Source of the DNA: an uncultured Pseudomonadales bacterium
Lineage (GTDB): Bacteria; Patescibacteriota; Microgenomatia; UBA1400; PJMF01
Assembly (NCBI GenBank): GCA_964556485.1
Contig: CAZKVV010000002.1
Location: forward strand, 74,291 to 138,290
DNA length: 64,000 nucleotides
Reading direction: 5' to 3'
In this document: in pieces, positions 55,677 to 63,724 of the stretch
Layout of the letters: every line of letters begins with the position of its first letter
Numbering within the stretch: the stretch's first letter is position 1
Translations under genes and position numbers: made by a program
Notes under the pieces: model-generated
The model's database searches: none
Seen by the model: the letters and a program-made list of their open reading frames with translations, nothing else
What the model was told of the DNA's origin: nothing

Positions 55677-56807
55677 ATGAAGCAACAAGTCGCAACAGAA
55701 CACAAGTCTGAATTATCCTCTGATTCACCTGCAGAACGCACTCAAATGCTAAGTGGAACACAGTTATTTCTTAAAGCTACAGGACTCTCACTTATCATAA
55801 CGGCAGTACTACTGCTCATTACAGCTGTAGTCATTGCTGCGTTTGCAGCTACTACATTTTCAACTTTTTTAAAGACTGCAGGCGTATCATATTCTGAGTT
55901 CAGTCAACAAATTTCAGTTGGACTGAAAAGCACAAAATATGGTGAGAGTAGTTCCATTGTTTTCTTGTTACTTGGACTTGACACACTTGATTCAAGACCA
56001 GGAAGTCCAGCATTAAGTGACACCATCATGTATGTCGTTTTAAATAAAAATACTGGAGTTGTAACCACTATAGCCATTCCTAGAGATTTATGGAGTCCTG
56101 AGTTTAAAACTAAAGTTAACGCACTCTATCACTATGGTAAAGAAAGATACCCAGAACGACCAGAACAATTCCCCACCGAGGTACTTGATGAACTTACTGG
56201 TCTCAAAACAACACATACAGTAGTAATAACGATGGATCTGGTTGCGGAAATTATTGATACCTTAGGTGGTATTGATGTTGCTGTTCCTGTTGCCTTTACT
56301 GATACAGAGTTTCCACGAAGTAATGTTGATGTGACAAAAGTTACAGATCCGGCACTATTATATGAAACAGTTTCATTTTCAGCAGGGACCGAACTCATGA
56401 ATGGTCAAAGAGCTCTGCAGTACATGAGAAGTCGTAAAAGTGAAGATGATCAGGGTACAGATACAGCTCGAAATGTGAGACAGCAGTTGGTAGTTGAAAG
56501 TCTAGTAACCAGGTTGAGATCATCTAAAGTACTCTCCAGTCCCAAAATTATGGGAAATCTCTATGGTTTGTATGCTAAAAAAATTGCAGGTTCAGTATCA
56601 GTAAGTGATGCTGTAGCCTTGGGAAAAATTCTTTATCCTCTCAAGGATTCACTGACTATACAGTCACACCCTCTTTCTATTTTTCCGGAATCACCCGAAG
56701 GACTGCTTGTGAATCCACCTATAACAAAGTATAAACAATGGGTATACGAAGTACGTGATATCGACACATTTAAACAAGCTTTTACTACTATTGAGTCAAC
56801 AAAATAA
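55677..56807 (+). CDS. LCP (LytR-CpsA-Psr) family phosphotransferase
   Basis: N-terminal TM; LLLGLD, SDTIM, IPRDLW, KVNALY, IDTLGGIDV, ALQYMRSR, D.ARNVRQQ. Confidence 0.92.
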   Translation: MKQQVATEHKSELSSDSPAERTQMLSGTQLFLKATGLSLIITAVLLLITAVVIAAFAATTFSTFLKTAGVSYSEFSQQISVGLKSTKYGESSSIVFLLLGLDTLDSRPGSPALSDTIMYVVLNKNTGVVTTIAIPRDLWSPEFKTKVNALYHYGKERYPERPEQFPTEVLDELTGLKTTHTVVITMDLVAEIIDTLGGIDVAVPVAFTDTEFPRSNVDVTKVTDPALLYETVSFSAGTELMNGQRALQYMRSRKSEDDQGTDTARNVRQQLVVESLVTRLRSSKVLSSPKIMGNLYGLYAKKIAGSVSVSDAVALGKILYPLKDSLTIQSHPLSIFPESPEGLLVNPPITKYKQWVYEVRDIDTFKQAFTTIESTK

Positions 56808-57025
56808 TGATGCTACCTGCCTTACCACTAACAACTACTTTTAAAATTAGAATTCTGTTATTTCTGGTGGTATTACTCTCAATTGCTGCTGGAATTTACA
56901 AAGACAAAGCTACTACACAAGAAAAATTGTATAATAAGCTTGAGGATAGGTATGTACGTGTCAGAAGTCAGTTAGGAGTTGAAGAAACACAACGACTTAT
57001 AGACGAAAGTTACAACAAAGAATAA
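56807..57025 (+). CDS. Small single-TM hypothetical protein
   Basis: 72 aa; TAATG-coupled to lcp; fills the gap to rmlB; one TM plus a charged helix. Confidence 0.6.
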   Translation: MMLPALPLTTTFKIRILLFLVVLLSIAAGIYKDKATTQEKLYNKLEDRYVRVRSQLGVEETQRLIDESYNKE

Positions 57026-57032
57026 AGGATCT

Positions 57033-58061
57033 ATGGCAGATTTAGGAAAAAAGATACTTGTTACTGGTGGTGCAGGATTTATAGGCGCCAACTTCGTTTT
57101 ATATTGGATGGAAACACATCCTGAAGATTCCATTATTAATCTCGATGCCCTCACGTATGCTGGTAATCTTACTAGTTTAAAATCGGTAGAAAACAATCCT
57201 AACTATGCTTTTGTTGAAGGCAACATTTGTGATCATGAGTTAGTAGATACCGTGATGTCTGGTGTACATACAGTGGTTCACTTTGCAGCAGAATCACATG
57301 TTGATCGCTCGATTTTGAATCCCAGAGCCTTTGTTGAGACAAATGTTTTAGGCACACAAGTACTTTTGGATGCTGCTCTCAAACACAAAGTTGTACATTT
57401 TCATCATATTTCTACAGATGAAGTTTTTGGCTCACTGCAAATTGGTGCTGATACCAAATTTTCTGAAAAAACACCGTATGATCCTCGAAGTCCATACTCT
57501 GCAAGTAAAGCTGGATCAGACCATTTAGTTCGTGCATACGGTGAAACCTTTGGTCTGCCTTATACCATTACAAACTGTTCAAATAATTATGGTGAATATC
57601 AGTTCCCAGAAAAACTTATTCCTTTAGCTATCACCCACAGTATTGATGGCATAAAAGTGCCTATTTATGGAGAAGGCAATCAAGTTCGTGACTGGTTGTA
57701 TGTCAAAGACCATTGCCGAGCAATTGATGCAGTTTTGCAAGCTGGACCTACCAATACCACCTATGTGGTTGGGGGTTTGACAAAAGATATTCCAAATAAG
57801 CAAGTCGTAGCAACCATTTTATCAACTATGGGAAAAGATCAATCCATGATTGAACACATCACTGATCGTGCCGGACATGACGTCCGCTATAGCGTTGATT
57901 GGTCGTTCATACAAAGCTCTTTAGGCTGGAAACCTTCAGTAACTTTTGAAGAAGGAATACAGAAAACAGTTACTTGGTATTCTGAAAATCAAGACTGGTG
58001 GAGACCTCTTAAGAACGCTGCTGCTGATTTCTTTGGTAAAAATTACAAAGACAGAAAGTAA
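57033..58061 (+). CDS. rmlB: dTDP-glucose 4,6-dehydratase
   Basis: TGGAGFIG, DALTYAGN, HFAAESHVDRSI, STDEVFG, SPYSASK, NCSNNYG, QFPEKLIP, RDWLYV. Confidence 0.96.
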   Translation: MADLGKKILVTGGAGFIGANFVLYWMETHPEDSIINLDALTYAGNLTSLKSVENNPNYAFVEGNICDHELVDTVMSGVHTVVHFAAESHVDRSILNPRAFVETNVLGTQVLLDAALKHKVVHFHHISTDEVFGSLQIGADTKFSEKTPYDPRSPYSASKAGSDHLVRAYGETFGLPYTITNCSNNYGEYQFPEKLIPLAITHSIDGIKVPIYGEGNQVRDWLYVKDHCRAIDAVLQAGPTNTTYVVGGLTKDIPNKQVVATILSTMGKDQSMIEHITDRAGHDVRYSVDWSFIQSSLGWKPSVTFEEGIQKTVTWYSENQDWWRPLKNAAADFFGKNYKDRK

Positions 58062-58109
58062 CTCCTGCACATTCCATTTACACTAACCGCTGAAGAGATC
58101 AATCAAAAC

Positions 58110-58676
58110 ATGATTGTTCCCATGCCTATCCCAGGCATGTTTTTTGTTCCTAGTAAAAAATTTCCTGATAATCGTGGATACTATAGTGAACTTTCAAGAA
58201 TTCCTGAGCTTGACGCTTTTTTACCACAACCACTCTTAGCAAAACAGATCAACCTGGCTCGATCAGAAACAAATGTAGCCAGAGGTATTCATGCCGAAGA
58301 CTGGAATAAGCTAGTTACAGTTACAAATGGCGTGTGTTTCTGCGCATTCGTTGATTTTCGCCCGGACTCTCCCACATTTGCTAACGCAGTCACTATTGTG
58401 CTGGGACACGGTGAAACAGCACTCTACGGTAGTGTGTATGTACCATCTGGAGTTGGTAACTCATTATGTGTATTAGAAGGTCCTGTAGATTATCTATATG
58501 TTGTCGACAGACTGTATAAAGATCGAGACCCTGCTGGCGATCAAGCTTTTTCACTTTTTGATCCCGACATTGCAATTCCTTGGCCAATATCTACAGAAGA
58601 AATGATCCTTTCAGATAGAGATAGAGCCAGCATCACACTTCGTGAAAAGTACCCAGAACATTTTGGAGAAAAATAA
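58110..58676 (+). CDS. rmlC: dTDP-4-dehydrorhamnose 3,5-epimerase
   Basis: DNRGYY, Q.N...S...ARGIH, K.VTV, VDFRPDSPTF, DPDIAIPWP, LSDRD; lies between rmlB and rmlD. The true start may be upstream. Confidence 0.9.
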   Translation: MIVPMPIPGMFFVPSKKFPDNRGYYSELSRIPELDAFLPQPLLAKQINLARSETNVARGIHAEDWNKLVTVTNGVCFCAFVDFRPDSPTFANAVTIVLGHGETALYGSVYVPSGVGNSLCVLEGPVDYLYVVDRLYKDRDPAGDQAFSLFDPDIAIPWPISTEEMILSDRDRASITLREKYPEHFGEK

Positions 58677-59554
58677 TGACAAAACCCGCACTAATTGTTA
58701 CAGGTTTAAATGGTCTGATTGGATCTCGCTTTCATCTCGATTACCAAAATAATTACACCATCACTAGTTTTGATATCTCAGATCCTGGGCAGCCAGTTGA
58801 TATAACTCAGAAAGAGCAAGTACTCAAAGCCTGCGAGGCAAGTAATGCCTCGCATATTATTCATTTTGCAGCCTACACGGATGTAACAGGTGCCTGGAAA
58901 CAAAGAAATGATAAAAGTGGTCCTGCATACCAAGTTAATGTTGTTGGCACACGAAACATTGTTGAAGCATGTAATCAAACAAACAAGCATTTAATTCACA
59001 TTTCAACAGCATATGTATTTGATGGCAAAAAAGAAGCGTTATACACTGAAAATGATCAGCCAAACCCAATTGAATGGTATGGTTACACAAAAACTGAGGC
59101 AGAAAATGTTGTCCAATCAAATGCAAAAGACTGGACTATTTTACGTATAGATCAACCTTTTAGATCAGACACCATCAAACGTCCTGACATTATCCGAAGA
59201 ATTGTTAATAGCATACGCAACAATACGCTTATGCCTCAGTTTACAAATCATACTTTTGGACCAACCTACATCAATGATCTCTCTAAAGTTTTAGATTGGG
59301 TCATCAGAACAAAAGCAACTGGTCTTTTCCACGCATCTAGTGGTGAAAAATGGACTGACTTTGATTTTGCTTCAGCCGTTGTTGAAACGCTATCACTACC
59401 GGCAGTTATAACTAAAGGTGATTTATTTGAGTATTTAAAAACGCTTGAAAGACCGTATCAACAAAATACTGCACTTTCATCTGAGAAACTGCAAAATGCA
59501 CTTGATTTTTCATTAATGTCAATTAGAGATGCTTTAAAAGAAGTTACTCTGTAA
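58676..59554 (+). CDS. rmlD: dTDP-4-dehydrorhamnose reductase
   Basis: TGLNGLIG, HFAAYTDV, HISTAYVFDG, WYGYTK, FGPTY. Confidence 0.88.
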   Translation: MTKPALIVTGLNGLIGSRFHLDYQNNYTITSFDISDPGQPVDITQKEQVLKACEASNASHIIHFAAYTDVTGAWKQRNDKSGPAYQVNVVGTRNIVEACNQTNKHLIHISTAYVFDGKKEALYTENDQPNPIEWYGYTKTEAENVVQSNAKDWTILRIDQPFRSDTIKRPDIIRRIVNSIRNNTLMPQFTNHTFGPTYINDLSKVLDWVIRTKATGLFHASSGEKWTDFDFASAVVETLSLPAVITKGDLFEYLKTLERPYQQNTALSSEKLQNALDFSLMSIRDALKEVTL

Positions 59555-60200
59555 CTCTTTTTTGTTTACGCCAAGTTTCAATTTCCTCATGATTTCCAGA
59601 GAGAAGTGCTGTAGGTACTTCCCAACCATTATATGTCTGAGGGCGTGTATATTGCGGATATGCCATGACTCCAGGTTCATCATGTGATTCACCAATGGTA
59701 CTTTCTTCATTGCCTAGCACACCTGGAATTAGTCGTACAATACTGTCAACAATGGCAGCTGCCGCTGGTTCACCACCTGTCATGACAAAATCACCAACTC
59801 GTACTTCTCTATCAACTAGATGTTCTTTGACTCGTTCATCCACACCCTCGTAGTGACCGCAAATAATAATCACAGCATCATAGGTGGCTAATTCACGTGC
59901 AGTTGATTGTGTATATGCAACCCCTTTTGCCGCAGTTAGCACTACTTGCACTGTTTCATGTGGCTCAAGTTGTTGTCGAATGCTTGTGAGAGCTCTATCA
60001 ATTGGCTCAACCTTCATTACCATACCTGGACCACCGCCAAATGGTCGATCGTCAGTTGTCTTATGAATATCTGTAGCAAACTCTCTCAGGGCAATGGTAT
60101 GTAAGCTTACCAGCTGTTTGGTTTGTGCTCTTTTGATAATTGAAGCAGTAAAGGGCGATTCAAAATATTCAGGGAAAAGGCTAATGCAAAAAATTTTCAT
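59544..60200 (-). CDS. trmD: tRNA (guanine37-N1)-methyltransferase
   Basis: SLFPE, DDRPFGGGPGMVM, CGHYEGVDERV, GDFVMTGGE, YPQYTRP, LLSGNH. Confidence 0.97.
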   Translation of the reverse strand: MKIFCISLFPEYFESPFTASIIKRAQTKQLVSLHTIALREFATDIHKTTDDRPFGGGPGMVMKVEPIDRALTSIRQQLEPHETVQVVLTAAKGVAYTQSTARELATYDAVIIICGHYEGVDERVKEHLVDREVRVGDFVMTGGEPAAAAIVDSIVRLIPGVLGNEESTIGESHDEPGVMAYPQYTRPQTYNGWEVPTALLSGNHEEIETWRKQKRVTE

Positions 60201-60207
60201 TACCCAT

Positions 60208-60252
60208 ATTCTACAACATCTGCTTTAGTTGTTCGCGAAACATTGCTATGAT
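60208..60252. promoter_or_regulatory. Divergent -10 boxes: TAGAAT (-, 60208-60213) and extended TGcTATGAT (+, 60244-60252)
   Basis: Each lies exactly 7 nt before an in-frame ATG (60200 and 60260). Confidence 0.6.
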
Positions 60253-60259
60253 TATGCCA

Positions 60260-61345
60260 ATGGCTACAACAACTGCCCCAACCGGGCCAACACTAACTCA
60301 TATTGCTACGACTAGTAGATTAGTTGTTAAGTTTGGTTCAATAACCATAGTTTCATTGATCATTGGTCGAATGATGCTTACATCGTTTGTCGCCTGGTGG
60401 AAAGCCACTCATCCACCTCCACCACCTCCACCAACTGTTGGTTTTGGTGTGTTACCTAAACTCACAGTACCGCAACAGTCTGATAGTGGTAAGCCTGTTT
60501 CATATAAGTTAGAAACTGCCAGTGGCACAACACCTGATTTTGGTGATAGAGCCAAGGTTTTTCTAGTGCTACATCCTGCACCAAGCCTGCTTGCAGATCA
60601 AAATGCCAAAAATATTGCATCAAAATTTGGTTTTGTTTTTGAACCAGATAAACTGCCAAACAAACTGTATCGTTTCTCAAAAACACAGCCGTTACAATCC
60701 AAGTTTCAACTAAACATTGTTTCAAACCACTTTTCTATAGAAAGTGATTATCTTTCTCACCCCGAGTTGTTAGCTGAGCCAAAACTACCTACTAATTTTG
60801 AAGCTGTAACCCAAGTAAAAGAACTTCTTAAAAAGGTTGAACTGTTAGGACCAGATATGGCAACTTCCTCTGGTGAAGTTGTGTACCTCAAATCACTTGG
60901 TGATGAACTCACACCTGCAGTTTCTCCATCTGACGCTGATTATATTCAAGTAGATTTAAACCGAACTCCAATTGATGGTAGATTTAGAATGTACACCCCA
61001 ACTGGTTTTGAAGGCATTGTTTCTGCAATTCTGACTGGTTCGCTAACCGGTACCGATAACATTCTGGAAATTAAATCTGGGTATAACCTCATTGACTATA
61101 CTCAAGTTCATACATACCCTATTCGTACTTCTCAGGCTGCTTGGCAACTACTCAAAGCTGGTGAAGGATATATTATTGAACCTGGTGAAAGTGAGACCGC
61201 TGTCATTCGTGAAGTTTCTATGGGATATTATGATTCACCCGATGATCAAGAATATTTGCAACCTATTTTCGTTTTTTATAATCCTGAGGATGGATTCCTA
61301 GCATACGTTCCAGCCATTGATCCAAAATATACCCAAACAGAATAA
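60260..61345 (+). CDS. Hypothetical membrane-anchored protein with a poly-Pro linker
   Basis: N-terminal TM, Pro7, then a beta-rich domain ending in MGYYD...YLQPIFVF. Start 60260 preferred because of the promoter spacing. Confidence 0.8.
   Translation: MATTTAPTGPTLTHIATTSRLVVKFGSITIVSLIIGRMMLTSFVAWWKATHPPPPPPPTVGFGVLPKLTVPQQSDSGKPVSYKLETASGTTPDFGDRAKVFLVLHPAPSLLADQNAKNIASKFGFVFEPDKLPNKLYRFSKTQPLQSKFQLNIVSNHFSIESDYLSHPELLAEPKLPTNFEAVTQVKELLKKVELLGPDMATSSGEVVYLKSLGDELTPAVSPSDADYIQVDLNRTPIDGRFRMYTPTGFEGIVSAILTGSLTGTDNILEIKSGYNLIDYTQVHTYPIRTSQAAWQLLKAGEGYIIEPGESETAVIREVSMGYYDSPDDQEYLQPIFVFYNPEDGFLAYVPAIDPKYTQTE
60413..60433 (+). repeat. CCA/CCT repeat encoding Pro7
   Basis: CCA CCT CCA CCA CCT CCA CCA, in frame. 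Confidence 0.85.
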
Positions 61346-61370
61346 CCGCACTTTGGTTGGAGGTAGTATA

Positions 61371-62822
61371 ATGACTGACATGAATAAAATGCAGGTAAGA
61401 ACACGAATGGCCCCAAGTCCTACGGGTGACATTCACGTAGGTAGCATGAGCATATTGCTGAAAAACTATGCTTTTGCTAAAAAACATGGTGGTTCATTTA
61501 TCCTTCGAATTGAAGATACTGACAAAGAGCGTGAAGTGCCAGGTGCAATTGAGCGAATTTTAAGCTGCATTCGAGCGTATGGCTTGGATTGGGATGAAGG
61601 TCCAGAAAAAGATGGACCATTTGGACCATATACGCAATCGGAAAGACTCTCTATATACAAAGAATATGCGCAAAAGCTGGTAGATATGGGTAAGGCCTAT
61701 TACTGTACTTGCAGTTCAGAGAGACTGTTTGAAATGCGCGAGGCGCAAAAAGCTGCAAAAATTCCGCCAAAATACGATCGTCACTGTTTTTTAAATCAAG
61801 ATGAAATTAAAAAACAAATCGAAGCTGGCGAACCATTTGTGATTCGTTTAAAAACTCCAGAATCAGAAACAGTTGTTGTTAACGATTTGATTCGTGGCAC
61901 CATTGAGTTCGACTCGGACACCATTGATGATCAAGTGCTGCTTAAATCTGATGGGTACCCGACCTATCATATGGCAGTTGTTATAGATGACCACCTTATG
62001 GAGGTCACTCACATTCTGAGAGGTGAAGAATGGATTAGTTCAACACCTAAACACGTATTGTTATATAAAGCATTTGGCTGGATTGAACCTATTTTTGCTC
62101 ATATCCCAGTGTACTTAAATCCTGATGGCAAAGGAAAAATGAGCAAACGAAAAGGTACTGTTTCAGCTCAGTCTTTCTTGGACCGTGGTTATTTACCCGA
62201 AGCACTACTCAATTTCTTCATGATTTTGGGTTGGGCTCATCCAGAAGAAAAAGAGGTGCTTACACTCGCAGAATTTATTGAACATTTTGATCCCAAAGAT
62301 GTCAGTGCAAAATCGGTTGTGTTTGATCTACAAAAACTCAACTGGTTGAATGGTGTGTATTTACGAAAATTAAGTATCGATGAGTTGATCGCAGCATTAC
62401 GACCCTTCATTCCCGAATCATGTCCTCAAGAAAATTTGAAAGAAATAGTGATGTTAGTACATGAAAGACTTGAAACTCTTTCTGATTTTAGTGAACTTAC
62501 CTCATTCTTTTATCAAGATATTACTCAAAACAAAGCCTTACTGCTTAAGAAAGCAACCACACCTGGTGAAGTCAGTGAGCAATTAAAGATATCTGCAGCT
62601 GCTTTGCAAGAAATCGAGAACTGGAAACATGAAATCATCGAGCGGGTTTTGCGAGAACTGCAGGAAAAACATGATTGGAAGAAAAGCCAATACTTTATGA
62701 TGCTTCGAGTTGCAAGCACAGGAAAAACAGCAACCCCTCCGTTGTTTGAAACTATGCAATACATAGGTAAAAAGGCTATACTATCTAGGTTGAAGGCGGC
62801 GCAAGAAGCCACACAAACCTAA
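61371..62822 (+). CDS. gltX: Glutamate--tRNA ligase
   Basis: RMAPSPTGDIHVG (HIGH-like), LRIEDTD, GPYTQSER, YYCTC, THILRGEEW, KMSKR; SD GGAGGT at 61359-61364. An alternative start at 61380 is possible. Confidence 0.97.
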   Translation: MTDMNKMQVRTRMAPSPTGDIHVGSMSILLKNYAFAKKHGGSFILRIEDTDKEREVPGAIERILSCIRAYGLDWDEGPEKDGPFGPYTQSERLSIYKEYAQKLVDMGKAYYCTCSSERLFEMREAQKAAKIPPKYDRHCFLNQDEIKKQIEAGEPFVIRLKTPESETVVVNDLIRGTIEFDSDTIDDQVLLKSDGYPTYHMAVVIDDHLMEVTHILRGEEWISSTPKHVLLYKAFGWIEPIFAHIPVYLNPDGKGKMSKRKGTVSAQSFLDRGYLPEALLNFFMILGWAHPEEKEVLTLAEFIEHFDPKDVSAKSVVFDLQKLNWLNGVYLRKLSIDELIAALRPFIPESCPQENLKEIVMLVHERLETLSDFSELTSFFYQDITQNKALLLKKATTPGEVSEQLKISAAALQEIENWKHEIIERVLRELQEKHDWKKSQYFMMLRVASTGKTATPPLFETMQYIGKKAILSRLKAAQEATQT

Positions 62823-62827
62823 CAACA

Positions 62828-63724
62828 ATGATTGCCCGCACACTGCCCACCACCCTCGAAATGCTTACTGCTGAACTTGAGAAAGCAGTATCTTTGTATC
62901 CCGCTGAGTTACAAACAATTCCAGCTCTTTTTGACGCGCAGGGCGTTTTTTTGGGCTTTGATTCTCTTTTCATTGATGAAGACACACCAAATCAAACCAC
63001 TAGTTCACCAACACAGTCGCTTGCCGTCACTGTTGACACTCTTATCGCTGATTCTAATGACTCGACTAACTTGTTTTCGAATATTAGTGTTGAAGAGCAC
63101 CAGTCAGTACTAGATAAAATGAAAGAGCTGCTTGAATACCCAGCTGGTAAGCTTGATTCTCAGTCAGAACTCTATTTAGAACAACAACTAACGGATATCA
63201 TTGGATTTGAAGTCACCAGTGAGCTAGATGGCAATCGGTTGCTGTATACAACTGGTAAAGTGAAAGCAATGCAGCATATTAAACGTCATCCAGGTGATAC
63301 CGCATCTTCTCATCACAAATATAGTTATGCCGGACTTCAAGAGCGGCGTAGCACTTTCGGCTGGTTTATGGACCAAGGTGTTGTTACAGAGTCACTGACA
63401 CATAAAGAAAAGTACTTTTTAAGTCTTCAACTCTATTACTTGCCAGAATGGAAAGATAACTACAAAGCACTCAAATCTTGGTATAAATATAAAAAAGTAC
63501 TGCTTATTAACCCTTTTGATCAAGTCGCAGTTGTCTGTGCGGTTGGTACCATTGGACCAAGTATTCCCTTTAAGTACCAATTTGGTGCATCACCCGAAAC
63601 AGTAATTGAGGGTAAGTTTTGGAGTAGAGCTGCTCGAGGTAAGGCACTTGCCATGTTTATTGATGATAAAACAGATTCAGTTCCACTCGGGCCTGTATCA
63701 CTGCAGAGGATGAATTATGCATAG
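62828..63724 (+). CDS. Hypothetical protein; possible degenerate double-psi beta-barrel (RlpA-like) C-terminus
   Basis: 298 aa ORF 5 nt after gltX; C-terminal 'KKVLLINP..AVVCAVGTIGP..FGASPE'. Confidence 0.7.
   Translation: MIARTLPTTLEMLTAELEKAVSLYPAELQTIPALFDAQGVFLGFDSLFIDEDTPNQTTSSPTQSLAVTVDTLIADSNDSTNLFSNISVEEHQSVLDKMKELLEYPAGKLDSQSELYLEQQLTDIIGFEVTSELDGNRLLYTTGKVKAMQHIKRHPGDTASSHHKYSYAGLQERRSTFGWFMDQGVVTESLTHKEKYFLSLQLYYLPEWKDNYKALKSWYKYKKVLLINPFDQVAVVCAVGTIGPSIPFKYQFGASPETVIEGKFWSRAARGKALAMFIDDKTDSVPLGPVSLQRMNYA

Noticed and set aside
1753-63113. Many 60-150 aa alternative-frame or antisense ORFs in the track (for example 1753-2094, 13111-13569, 46857-47243)
   Set aside because: They lie almost wholly inside well-supported genes and show no motifs; they are shadows of codon bias.
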